A stretch of DNA of 64,000 nucleotides from the human T2T-CHM13v2.0 reference genome, Homo sapiens. Both the position numbers and the translations under genes were made by a program. The notes under the pieces are model-generated. The model had not been told where the DNA came from. It searched no databases and was given only the letters and a program-made list of their open reading frames with translations. Shown in pieces: positions 27,501 to 40,260 of this stretch. The stretch is taken from NCBI RefSeq assembly GCF_009914755.1, contig NC_060938.1; one strand, 5' to 3'. The first letter of the stretch is position 1; the number at the start of each line of letters is the position of its first letter.

Positions 27501-30500
27501 GGAGTTAAAAGGAGTTGAATGTAATGGAGTGGAATGGAATGTAGTGAACTGCAATGGAATGGATTGGAATGGAATGGAGTGGAATGGAGAATACTGGAGT
27601 GAAATCGAATGGAGTATAGTGGAATGGAATAGAAAGGAATTATGTAGAAATTTATGGAACGGAATGGAAAAGAATGGCATGGAATGGAATGGAGTGAAAT
27701 GGAGTGGAAAGGAGTGGAGTGGAATGGAATGGAGAGGGTTGTTATGGAATGGATTGGAGTGGAGTGGAATTGAGTGGATGTGAAAGGAGTTGAGTGGACT
27801 GGAATGGAATGGAGTGGAGTTGAATGGAATGGAGTGAAATGTAATGAAACGGAATGGAGTGGCATGGAATGGAATGGAACGGAATGGAGTGGAGTGGAAT
27901 GGAATGGAATGGAATGGAGTGGAATGGAATGGAGTGGAGAGGAAATGAATGGAGTGGAGTGGACCATATTGGAGCAGACTGGAATGGAGTGAGTTGAAAG
28001 GAATGGAAAGGAATGATATGGCAAGCAATGGTATGGAATGGAAAGGTGTGGAGTGGAGCAAAGTGGAGTGGAGAGGAATGGAATGGAGCGGAAAGGAGTG
28101 TAGTAGAATAGAATGATGTGGAAAGGAGTGGAGAGTGTGGAATGGAATGAAGTGGAGAGGAATGGCGTAGAGTGGAGTGGAACGGACTGGAATGGAATGG
28201 AGTGGAGTGGAGTGGAATGGAATGGATTAGAATGGAATGGAATGGAGTGGAGTGGAATAGAGTGGAGTGGAGTAGAGTGGAGTGGAGTGGAGTGGATTGG
28301 AGTGGAGTGCAGTGGATTGGAGAGGAATGAAATGGAATGGTGTGGAATAGAGTGGAATGGAGTGGAGGGTGTGGAATGGAATGGGGTGGAGTGGAATCGA
28401 GAAGAGTGGAGTGGAACGGAGTGGAATGGAATGGAGTGGAGTGGAATGGAAAGGAGTGGAATGGAATGGAATGCAGTGGAGTGGAATAAAATGGAGTGGA
28501 GTGGAATAAAACGGAGTGGAGTGGAGAATAGTAGAACGGAGTGGAATGTAGTGCACTGGAGTGGAATGGAATGGAGTGGAGTGGAATGGAGTGGCGTGGA
28601 TTGGAAAGGACAGGAATGGAGTGGAGTTGTGGGGAGTAAAATGGAGTGGAGTGGAATGGAGTGGAATAGAGCGTTTTTGAATGGAGTGGAATGGACTGGT
28701 GTGGAGTGTGTTGGAGGGGATTGGAGTGGAGTGGAGTGGAGTGGAATGGAGTGGAAAGGAATGGAGTGGAGTGGAATAGAATGAAATGGAATGCAGTGGA
28801 GTCGAATAAATTGGAGTGGAGGGGAATCAAATGGAATGGAGTAGCATGGAATTGAGTGCAATGGAGTGGAGAGGAATGGCATGGAGTGTAGAAAAATGGA
28901 ATGCAGTAGAGTGCAATTGAGTACAGTGCAGTGGAATGGAGTTGAATGGAGTGAAATGAGGTGGAGTGGAATGGAGTGGAATGAACTGGAGTGGAGTGGA
29001 ATTGAGTGGAATGGAATGGAGTGGAGTGGAACTGAATGGAGTGGAGTGGAGTACATTGGAGGGGAGTGGATTGAAGTGAAATGGAATGCAGCGAAGTGCA
29101 TTGGAGTGGAGTGGAATGGAATGGAGTGGAGTGGAATGGAATGGACTGGAGTGGAATTGAATGGAGTGCAGTGGAATGGAGTGGAGTGGAATGAACAGGA
29201 ATGGAATGCAGTGGAGTGGAGAAGAGTGGAGTGGAGTGTAGTGGACTGGAATGGAGAGGAGTGTAGTGGAGTCAAATGGAATGAAGTAGAGTGGAATGGA
29301 ATGGCTTGGAGTGCAATGGAGTGGAGTGGAATAGAGTGGAGTGGAATGGAGTGGAATTGTGTGGAGTGGAGTGGAATGGAGTGGAGGCGATTGGAACGGT
29401 CTGGAGTGGAGTGGAATGAAGTGGAATTGAATGGAGTGGAGTGGAATGGAGGGGAGTGGTGTGGAACGGAATGGAGTGGAGTGGAGTGGAATGTAATGGA
29501 GTGGAGTGGAATGGAATGTGAAGGAATGGAGTTGACTGTGGTGGAAGGGAACGGAATAGAAGAGAATGGAATCGAGTGGAATGGAACGGACTGGAATGGA
29601 ATGGAATGGGAAGGAATGGAATGGAATGGAGTGGAGTGCATTGCAGCAGAGTGGTATGGAGTGTAGTGGATTGGAATGCAATGGAATGGAATCAAATGGA
29701 ATTGAACGGAATGGAGTGGAAAGGAGTGGAGGGGAATCAAGTGGAGTTGAGTGGAATAGAGTGTACTGGAATGGAGTTGATGGGAATGGAGTAGAGTGGA
29801 GTGGAATGCATTGGAATGGAATGGTATGCTATGGAGTGGAGTGGAATGCAACGGAGTGGAATGGAGTGGTGTGGAGATGTAGGGAAAGGAATGGAATGGA
29901 AGGGAATGGAATGGAGTGGAATGGAACAGAATACAATGGAAAGTATTGGAATGGAATGGAGTGGAAATAAATGGAGTGCAGTGGAATGGAGTGGAACTGA
30001 TTTGAGTGTAATGGAGTGGAGTGGAGTGAAATAGAGTGGAGTGCAATGGAATTGAATGGAGTGGAGTGGAATGGAATGGATTGGAATGGATTGGAGTGGA
30101 GTGGAATGGAGAGGAAAAGAGTGGCATGGAGTGGACTGCAATGGAACGGAGTGGAGTGGAATCGACTGGAATGGAATGGAGTGGAGTGGAGTGAAATGGT
30201 ACCGAGAAGAGTTGAATGGAATGGAGTGGTGTGGAATGGAATCTATTTCGGTGGAGTGGAGGGGATTGGAGAGGAGTGGAGGGGAATGGAAAGGAATGCA
30301 ATGGAGTAGAGTGAAATTAAGTGAAATTAAGAGGAGTGGAGTGGAATGGAGAGGAATGGAGGGGAATGGAGTGGAATGGAGTTGAATGCAATGGAGCGGA
30401 ATGGAATGGAGTGGAGTGGAATGGAGTGGAATTGTGTGGAGTGGAGTGGGATGGAGTGGAGTGGAGTGGGATGGAATGGAGTGGAGTGGAATGGAATGGA

Positions 30501-33500
30501 GTGAAGTGGAGTGGAATGGAATGGAGTGGAGTGGAATGTAATGGAATGGAATGGATTGGACTGGAATGGAATGGAGTGGATTGGAATGGAGAGTAGTGAA
30601 GTGGAATGGAGTGGAGTGGAGATGAATGGAGTGGAATGGAATGCAGAGGAGTGGAATGGAAAGGAATGGAATGTAATCGAATTGAATGGAGTGGAGTGGA
30701 ATGGAATGGAAAGGAGTGGGGTATAATATAATGGAGTGTAATGGAGTGGACTGGATTGCAAAGGAGTGGAGTAGAATGAAATGGATCAGAATTGAATGGA
30801 GTGAAATGGAGTGGAATGGTATGGAGTGGAATGGAATGGAGTGGAGAGGAATGTAATGGAGTGGAGTGGAATGGAAGGGAGTGGATTGCAATGGAATGGA
30901 ATGCAGTGGAGTGGAATGTAATGCAGTGGAGTGGAACGGAGTTGAGTGGAGTGGAATAGAGTGGAGTGGAAAGGAATGGAATGGAAGCGAATGGAATGGG
31001 GTGGAATGAAATGGAATAGAATGGAATGCACTGGAAAGGAATGGAGTGGAGTGGAATGGAATGCAGTGGAGTGGAGTGGAATGGAATGGAATGGAGTGGA
31101 ATGGATTTGAGTGGAGTGGAGTGGAATGGAGTGAAATAGAGTGTAGTGGGGTGGACAGCAGTGGAATGGAATGGAATGGAGTGGTGTTGAATGGAGTGGA
31201 GTGGAATGGAGATTAGTGCAGTGGAATGCAATGGAGTGGAGTGGAGTGGAATGGAACGGAGTGGAGTGGAATGGAATGGAGTGAGGTGGATTGGAATATA
31301 TTGCAATGGAGTGGAGTGGAATGGAGTGGAGTGGAATGGAGTTGAGTGGAGTGGAATGGAGTGGAATGGAATTGAGTGGCCTGGAATGGAATGGAGTGGA
31401 GTAGAATGGAATTGATTTTAACGGAACGGAGTGTAGTAGAGTGGAATGAAGTGGAATGCAATGGAGTGGAATGGAATGGAATGGAGTACAATGGAGTGGA
31501 GTGCAATGGAATGGAGAGGAGTGGAATGCAATGAGGTGGATTGCAATGAAATAGAATGGAGTTGAATGGAATAGAGTGGAGTGGAATGGAATGCAATGGA
31601 GTAGAACGGAGTTGAGTGGGGTGGAATGGAGAGCAGTGGAATGGAATGGAGTGGAATGGAAGGGAATAGAATGGAATGTAGTGGAGTGCACTGCGGTAGA
31701 GTGGTGTGGAGTGGAGTGGATTGGAATGGAGTCGAAGGGAATGGAATGAAATGGAGTGGAGTGGAATGCATTGGATTGGAACGGAGTGGAGTGGAATGTA
31801 GTGGATTGGAATGGAGTGGAGTGGAGTGGAATGGAGTGAAGAGGAATGGAATGGAGTGGGATGTAATGGTATGGAATGTAGTGGATGGGAAGGCAATGGA
31901 GGGGATTGGAATGGATTGGAATAGAATCGAGTGGATTGGAATGGAGTGGAGTGGAGTGGAGTGGAATGGAGTGGAGAGGAATGCATGGAGTGGGATGGAG
32001 TGGGATGGAATGTAGTGGAAGTGGAAGGCAATGGAGGGGAATGGAATGGAGTGGAATGGATCGGAATGGAGTGGACTGGAAGGGACAGGAATGGAACGGA
32101 ATGCAATGGAATGGAATGGAGTGGAGTGGAATGGAATGGAATGGAATGGAATGGAATGGAGTGAAGTGGAATTGAGTGTAGTGAAGTGGAATGGAGTGGA
32201 GTGGAATGGAATAGAATGGAGAGGACTGGAATGGAATGGAAAGAATAGAATCGAATGGGGTGGATTGGAATGCAATGGAATGGAGTAGAGTAGAATGGAA
32301 TGGAATGGAATGGAGTGGACTGGAATTGAATGGAGAAGAGTAGAATTGAATGGATTTTAATGGAATGGAGTGGAGTGGAGTGGATGGGAATGGAGTGGAA
32401 TGGAATTGAGTGGAATGGAATGGAGTGGAGTGGAATGGAATGGAGTGGAGTGGAATGGAACGGAGTGGAGTGGAATGGAATGAAGTGGAGTGGAATGGAG
32501 CGGAGTGGAGTGGAGTGGAATGGAATGGAGTGGACTGGAATGAAATGGATTGCAGCAGAGTGGAGAGGAATGGAGTTGAGTGCAGTGGAATGCTGTAGAA
32601 TGCATTGGAGTGGAGTGGAATGGAATGTATTGGAATGGAATGAAGTGGAGTGGAGTGGAGTGGAATGGAAAGGAATGGAATGGAGTGGACTAGAATGTAA
32701 TGCAGTGGAGTACAATGGAATGGGCTTTAATGGAATGGAGTGGAGTGGAGTGTAATGGAGTGGATTGCAATGGAATGGAATGGAGTGGAGTGGAATGGAG
32801 GGGAGAGGAATGGAATGCAGTGGAGGGGAACGGATTTGAGTGGGGTGGAATGCTGAAGAGTGGAATGGAATATAATGGAATGGCAAGGAATCGAATGGAA
32901 TGGATTGGAGTGGACTGTGGATGAGTGGTGTCTATTGGAGTGGATTTGACTGGAGTGGAATGGAATGGAATGGAATTGAACGGAGTGGAGTAGAAAGCAG
33001 TGGAATGGAATGGAGTGGATTGGAATAGATTGGATTGGAATGTAGTGCTGTGGAGTGGAATGAAGTGGAGAGGAATGGAAAGGAGTGGGATGGAATTGTA
33101 TGGAATGTAGTCGAGTGGAAGGCAACTGAGTGGAATAGATTGGAGTGGATTGGAATGGAACGGAATGTAGTGGAGTGGAATGGAGTGGAATGAAATGGAG
33201 TGGACTGGAATGGAATGGAGTGGATTGCAAAGGAATGAATTGGAATGGAATGGAATGAATTGAAATGCAATGTAGTGCAGTTAAAGGGACTGGAGTGTTG
33301 TGGAATGGAGAGGAATGGAATGGAATGGAATGGATTGGAGAGGACTGGAATGGAATGGAATGGCATGGAATCGAATGGAGTGGATTGGAATGCAATGGAA
33401 AGGAGTGGAGTTCAATGGAATTTAATGGAATGGAGTGGACTGGAATGGAATGGAGTGGAGTAGAATGGAATGGATTTTAGAGAAATGGAGTGGAATGGAG

Positions 33501-36500
33501 TGGAATGGAATGGAGTGGGGTGGAAAGCAATGGGGTGGATTGCAAGGCAATGGAATGGAGTGGAGTAGAATGGAGTGGAGTGGAATGGAATGCAGTGGAG
33601 TGGAACAGAGTTGAGATGAGTGGATTGGAGTGCAGTGGAATGGAATGTAATGGAGTGAAATCGCAAGGAATTGAATGGAACGAAGTGCAGTGCAGTGCAG
33701 TTGAGTGGTGTGGAGTGGAGTGCATTGGAATGGAATGGAGTGGAGTGGAGAGAAGTGGAGTGTAGTGGAATGGAGTGGAATCAGTGCTGTGGAATGGAGT
33801 GGAATGGAGTGGAATGGAGTGGACTGGAATGAAGTGGAGTGTAGTGGAATGGAACGGAAAGGAATAGAATGGAGTGGAATGGAATAGAATGGAATGGAAA
33901 TGAGTTGACTGGAATGGAATAGAATGGAATGGAATGGAATGGAACGGAATGGAACGGAATGGAGAGGAATGTAATGGAATGGAATGGAGTGCAGTGGAGT
34001 CTAGTGGAATGGAATGGAGTGGAATATAGTGAAATGGAGTGGAGAGGATTGGAATGGAGTGGATTGGAATTGATTGGAGTGGAGTGGAATGGAATGGAAT
34101 GGAGTGCAACGGAATGTAGTGGAAGGGAGTGCAATGGAGTGGAATTGAGTGAAGTGGAGTGGAGTGGACTGGAGTGGAATTGAATTGTATGGAGTAGAGT
34201 GGAGAGGGGTGGAGTGGAGTGGAGTGGAATGCAATGGAATTTAAAGGAATGGAATAGAGTGTAGTGGAGTGGTTGGAGTGCAATTAAATGGAACGGAGTG
34301 GAGTGAAATGGAGTGAAATGGAGTGGAATGGACTGGAATGGAGTGGAGTGGATGGAAGTGAGTTTAGTAGAATTGAAGGGAGTGGCATGGAATAGATTGG
34401 AATGGAGATGAAAGGAATGGAGTGGTGTAAAATGGAATGTAATGGAATGGAAGAGAATGGACTGAAGTGTAGTATAATGTAATGGAATGGAATGGAGTGG
34501 AATGGAGTGGAGTGGAATGGAATGGAATGGAGTGGAATGGAGAGGAGTGGAATGGAGTGGAGTGGAAAGGAATTGGGTGGAATGGAATGGATTGGGGTGC
34601 AGTATAATGGAGCATACTGGAGTGGAATGGAGTGGAGTGGAATTTAATGGAATGGAGTTGAGTGGAGTGGGGTATAGTGGAGGGGAGTAGAATTTAGTGG
34701 AATGGAATGGAAAGATGTGCAGTGGAGTTGAATGGAGTAGAATGGAATGGAGTGTTGTGGAGTGGAGTGGAATGGAATGGAATGGAATGGAGTGGAATGG
34801 AATGGGATGGAGTGAAGTAGAATGCAATGGAGTGGAGTGGAATGGAATTGAAGGGATTGGAATAGAATGGAGTGGAGTGGTGCGGATTGGAGTGCAGTGG
34901 AAAGGAATGGAAGGGATTGGAGTGGAGTGGAGTGGAATAGAATAGAATGGATAGAAATGGAGTGGAATGGAGTGCAGTGGAGTGGAATGGAATGAAGTGG
35001 AGTGGAATGGAGTGGACGGGAGTGGAATAGACTGGAGTGGAATGGAAAGGAATCGAGTGGAAAGGAATGGATTGGAATGGAATGGAATGGAGTGGAGGGG
35101 AGTAGAATATAGTGGAGTGGAGTGGAGTGGAGTGGAATAGAATGGAATGGAGTGGAATGGAAAGGAATGGAGTGGAGAGGAGTGGAGTGGAATTGAGTGG
35201 CGGGGAGTGGAATGGAGTTCAGAAGAGTGGAGTGCTGTGGAATGGATTGTAGTAGAGTTTAAAGCATTGGAGTGGAATGGAATGGAGTGGAGTGGATTGG
35301 AATGGAATGGAGTGGAGTGGAGTGGCCTGGAGAGGAGTGGAATAGACTGGAGTGGAAAGGAAAGGAATCCAGTGGAATAGAATGGATTGGAATGTAATTG
35401 AATGGAATGGAATGGAATGGAGTGGAGAGGAGTAGAATCTAGTGGAGTGGAGTGGAGTGGAACGAAGTGGAGTAGAATGGAAAGGAATGGAGTGGAATGG
35501 AATGGAGTGGAGTGGAGTGGAATTTACTGGAATGGAGTGTAATGCACTGGATGGGACTGGCACTGAATTGAGTGGAATGGAGTGGAGCGGAAGGGAGTTG
35601 AATGGAATAGAATGGAATGACATGGGTGCAGAGATTGTGCCAATTTGCTACAGCCTGTGTGACAGAGGGAGACCCTGTCAAAAGAAAGGAGTGGAATGGG
35701 ATAGATTGCAAAGGCGTGGAGTGGAATGGAGTGCAGTGGAGTGGAATGGAGTGTAGAGGAGTGGAATGGAACGGAATCGAGTGGAATGGACTGGAGTGGA
35801 ATGGAATGGAATGGTATGGAATGGAATGGACTGGAATGGAGTTGAATGGAATGGAGTGGAGTGGAGTGGAATGCAGTGGAGTGGAGTGGAATGGAGTGGA
35901 GAGGAGTGGATGGAGTGGAGTGGTGTGGAATGGAATGGAGTGGAGTGGAGGGGAATTGAGAGGAGTGGAGTGGAATGGACTGGAGTGGGATGGAATGGTC
36001 TGTAGTGGAATGGAATGGAATGGAATGGAGTTTAATGGAATAGAGTAGAGTGGAGTGGAATGGAGTGGAGTGGATTGGAGTGGATTGGAGTGGAGTGGAG
36101 TGTAATTTTGTGTAATCGAATGGGGTGGAGTGGAATGGAATGGAGTGGAATGGAGTGTAATTTACTGGAGTAGATTGGTATGGATTGGATTGGAATGGAA
36201 TGGAATAGAGTGGAATGGATTGGAATGGAGTGGAGTGGAATGGAGTGGTGTGGAGTGGAGTGGGGTGGAATACAATGGAGTGGAGTGGAAAGGAATGCAA
36301 CGGAATGGGGTGTGGTGGAATGGAATGGAGTGGTGTGGAGTAGATTTGAGTGAAACGGAAAGGAATGGAATGGAATGCAATGGAATGGAATGAAATGGGT
36401 GTTGAGATTGTCCCGTTGTGCTACAGCATGTGTGACAGAGGGAGATCCTGTTGAAAGAAAGGAGAGGAATGGGATGGAGTGGAGTGGAGTGGAATGGAGA

Positions 36501-36530
36501 GGAATGGAGTGGTGTGGAGTGGAGTGGTGT

Positions 36531-36644
36531 GGCAGGAGAATGGCGTGAACCCGGGAGGCGGAGCTTGCAGTGAGCCGAGATCCCGCCACTGCACTCCAGC
36601 CTGGGCGACAGAGCGAGACTCCGTCTCAAAAAAAAAAAAAAAAA
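36531..36644 (+). mobile_element. 5'-truncated young AluY element (AluYa5-like right arm) with A17 tail
   Basis: GGCAGGAGAATGGCGTGAACCCGGGAGGCGGAGCTTGCAGTGAGCCGAGATCCCGCCACTGCACTCCAGCCTGGGCGACAGAGCGAGACTCCGTCTC followed by A17 (36628-36644). CpGs are intact. GAGATCCCGCC rather than GAGATCGCGCC is a Ya5-lineage diagnostic position; only this one diagnostic site is covered. Confidence 0.95.
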
Positions 36645-39509
36645 GAGTGGAATGGAGTGGAGTGGCGTAGAATGGAGTGGAGTGGAGTTGAATGAAATGG
36701 ACTGTAGTGGAATCGAATGGATTCGAGTGGAATGGAATGGAGTAGAGTGGAGTGGAAAGGAATGGAGTGGAGTGGAGTTGAATGCAATTGAGTGTAGTGG
36801 AATGGACTGGAGTTTACTGGAATGGAATGGAGTGGAATGTAATGGAGTGGAGTGGAATGGAATGGTGTGGAGTAGAGCGGAATGGAATGGAGTGGAATGG
36901 AATGAAGTGGAGTGGTTTGGAGTGGAATGGAGTGGAGTGGAATGGAATGGAGAGGCGTGGAGCGGATGGAGTAGAGTAGAATGGAATGGAATGAAGTGGA
37001 GTGGAGTGGAGTGGAACTGAGTGGAGGGTAGTGGGGTACAGTGGAATGGAATGGAATGGAATGGAGTGGAGTTGAGTGGAGTGGGGTGGAAAGGAATGGA
37101 GTAGAATGGAGTGGAATGGAATGCAGTGAAGTTGAGAAGAGTGGAATGGAGTGGAATGGAATCATATGTAATGGAATGTATTGGAGTGGAGTGGAGTGGA
37201 AAGGAATGGAATGGAATGGAATGGAATGGAACGGATCAGAATGGAATGGGTGCTGAGATTGTGCAAAAGCGCTACAGCCTGTGTGATAGAGGAAGATCCT
37301 GTCAAAACAAAGGTGTGGAATAGGATGGAGTGGAGTTGAGTGGAGTGGAATTGAGTGTAGAGGAGTGGAATGGAGTGTAGATGAGGGGAGTGGTGTGGAA
37401 TGGAATGGAGTAGAGTTTAAAGGATTGAAGTGGAGTATAATGGAATGGAGTGGAGTGGAGTGGAATGGAATGGAATGGAGTGAAATGGACTGGAGGGGAG
37501 TGGAATAGAATGGAGTGCAATGGAAAGGAATCGAGTGGAATGGAATGGATTGGAATGGAATGGAATGGAGTGGAGGGGAGTGGAATCTAGTGGAGTGGAG
37601 TGCAGTGCAGTGGATTGGAATGAAGTGGAGTAGAATGGAAAGGAATGGAGTGGAATGGAATGGAGTGGAGTGGAATTTACTGGAATGGAGTGGAATGCAC
37701 TGGACTGGACTGGAATGGAATGGAGTGGAATGGAGTTGAATGGAATAGAATGGAATGACATGGGTGCTGATATTGTGCCAGTGCGCTACAGCCGGTGTGA
37801 CAGAGGGGGATCCTGTCGAAAGAAAGAAGTGGAATGGGATGGATTGTACTGGAGTGGAGTACAATGGAGTGGAGTGGAGTGGAATGCAATGGAGTGCAGT
37901 GGAATGGAATGGAGTGCAGTGGAATGGAATGCAGTGGAGTGAAGTGGAACGGAATGGAGTACAGTATAATGGAATGGAATGGAGTTGAATGGACTGGAGT
38001 GAAATGGAATGGAATGGTGTGGAATGGAATGGACAGGAATGGAGTTGAATGGAATGGAGTGGAGTGGAGTGGAATGGAGAGGAATGGAACACAATGGAAC
38101 AGAACGTAACGGAATGGAAGGGAAAGTAATGTGTGTTGAGACTGTGTCACTGCGCTACAGCCTGTGTGACAGAGGGAGATCCTTTCAAAAGAAAGGAGTG
38201 GAATGCGATGGAGTGGGGTGGAGTGGAGTGGAGCAGAATGGAGTGGAGTGGAGTGGAGTGGAGTGGAATGCAGTGGAGTGAAATGGAATGGAGTTTAGTT
38301 GAGTGGAATGGAGTGGAGTGGAATGGACTGGAGTGGAATGGAATGGAATGGAGTGGAATGGAATGGAGTGGAGTGGAATGGAATGGACTGGAGTTGAGTG
38401 GAATGCAGTGGAGTGGAGTGGAATGGAGTGGAGTGGAATGGATTGCAACGGAATTGAGTGGAGTGGAATGGAGTGGACTCGAGTGGAGTGGAATGGAATG
38501 GACTGGAGTTGAGTGGAATGCAGTGGAGTGGAGTGGAGTGGAGAGGAATGGAGTGGAGTGGAATGGATTGCAACGGAATTGAGTGAAGTGGAATGGAGTG
38601 GACTGGAGTGGAGTGGAACTGTGTGTAATGGAATGGCATGGAGTGGAATGGAATGGAATGGAGTGGAGTGGAATTTACTGGAATGGAGTGGTACGGACTT
38701 GAGTGGAATGGAGTGGAGTGGAGTGGAATGGAGTGGGGTGGTGTGGAGTAGAATGGATTGGAGTGGAATGGAATGCAATGGAAAGGAGTGGAGTGGAATG
38801 GAATGGAGTGATGTGGAGTGGATTTGAGTGAAATGGAAAGGTGTAGAATTGAATGAAATCAAATTGAATGGAATGGAATGGGTGTTGATATTGTGCCACT
38901 GTGCTACACCCTGAGTGACAAAGGGAGATCCTGTCAACAGAAAGGAGTGGAATGGGATGGAGTGGAGTGGAATGGAGCGAAGTGGAGTGAAGTGGAATGG
39001 AGTGGAACGGATTGGTGTGGAGAGGAATGGAGTGAAGTGGACTGGAGTGGGTTGGATAGGAGTGGAATGGAGTACAGTGGAGTGGAGTGGAGTGGAATGG
39101 AGTAGAAAGGAATGGAGTGGAGTGTGGTGGAATGGAGTGGAGTGGAGTGTGGTGGAATGGAGTGGAGTGGAGTGTAATGGAGTTGAGTGGAGTTTCATGG
39201 AATGGATTGGAGTGGAATGGAATGGAACGGAGTGGAGTGGAATGAGTTGGAGTTGAGTGGATTGGAGAGAATTGGAATGGAGTGGAGTGGAATGGAATGG
39301 AATGGAATGGACTGGAGTGGAATGGAATGGAGTGGCGTGGAGTGGGGTTCAGTGGAATTGAATGGAATGGAATGGAACGGAATAGAATAGAAGGGGTGCT
39401 GAGATTCTGCCACTGCACTACAACCTGTAACACAGAGGGAGACCCTGTCGAAATAAAGAATTGGAATGGGAAGGATTGGAGTTGATTGGAGTTGAGTGGA
39501 ATGGAGTGG

Positions 39510-40260
39510 AGTGAAGTGAAGAGGATTGGAATGGAGTGGAATGGAATCGGGTGTAATGGAATATAGTGGAGGGGAATGGAGTGGAGTGGAAAGGAATGGA
39601 ACAGAACGGAACTGAAAGCAATGTAAAGGAATGGAACGAAACGGAATGAGTGTTGTGGAATGGAGTGGAGTGGAGTGGAGTGTAGGGGAGTTGAATGGAA
39701 TGGAATGGAGTGGAGTGGAGTGGAATTTACAAGAATGGAGTAGAATGGACTGGAGTGGAATGGAATGGAATGGAGTGGAATGGAAAGGAATGGAGTGCAA
39801 TGCAGTGGAATGGAGTGCAGTGGAATTGAGTGGAGTGTAATGGAGTGGAATGCAGTGCGATGGATTGGAATGGAATGGAGTGGTGTTGAGTGGAGTGGAG
39901 TGGAAAGGAATGGAGTGGAATTGAGTGCAGTGAAGTGAAGAGGAGTGGAATGGAGTGGAATGGAATTGGGTGTAATGGAATATAGTGGAGGGGAATGGAG
40001 TGGAGTGGAAAGGAATGGAATAGAACGGAACTGAACGGAATGTAAAGGAATGGAACGAAACGGAATGAGTGTTGTGGAATGGAGTGGAATGGAGTGGAGT
40101 GTAGGGGAGTTGAATGGAATAGAATGGAGTGGAGTGGAGTGGAATTTACTGGAATGGAGTAGAATGGACTGGAGTGGAATGGAATGGAATGGAGTGGAAT
40201 GGAAAGGAATGGAGTGCAGTGGAGTGGAATGGAGTGCAGTGGAGTTGAGTGGAGAGTAAT
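39510..40260 (+). repeat. Tandem duplication, period 419 bp
   Basis: The landmark AATGTAAAGGAATGGAACGAAACGGAATGAGTGTTGTGG recurs. ORFs 39631..39840 and 40050..40259 are near-identical at offset 419. Confidence 0.85.

Larger units (their letters stand above)
1..35623 (+). repeat. Cassette-free satellite domain
   Basis: No Alu-derived cassette was seen before 35624. The stretch contains only pentamer variants, local duplications and one inverted block. Confidence 0.85.

Noticed and set aside
36507-36668. Possible 24-bp target-site duplication GAGTGGTGTGGAGTGGAGTGGTGT / GAGTGGAATGGAGTGGAGTGGCGT around the Alu
   Set aside because: Three mismatches are inconsistent with an unmutated young Alu, and this similarity is expected anywhere in the satellite.
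36032-36670. ORFs with more complex sequence ([15 protein letters not shown]..., ...[34 protein letters not shown])
   Set aside because: These are the familiar reading frames of Alu sequence, not genes.
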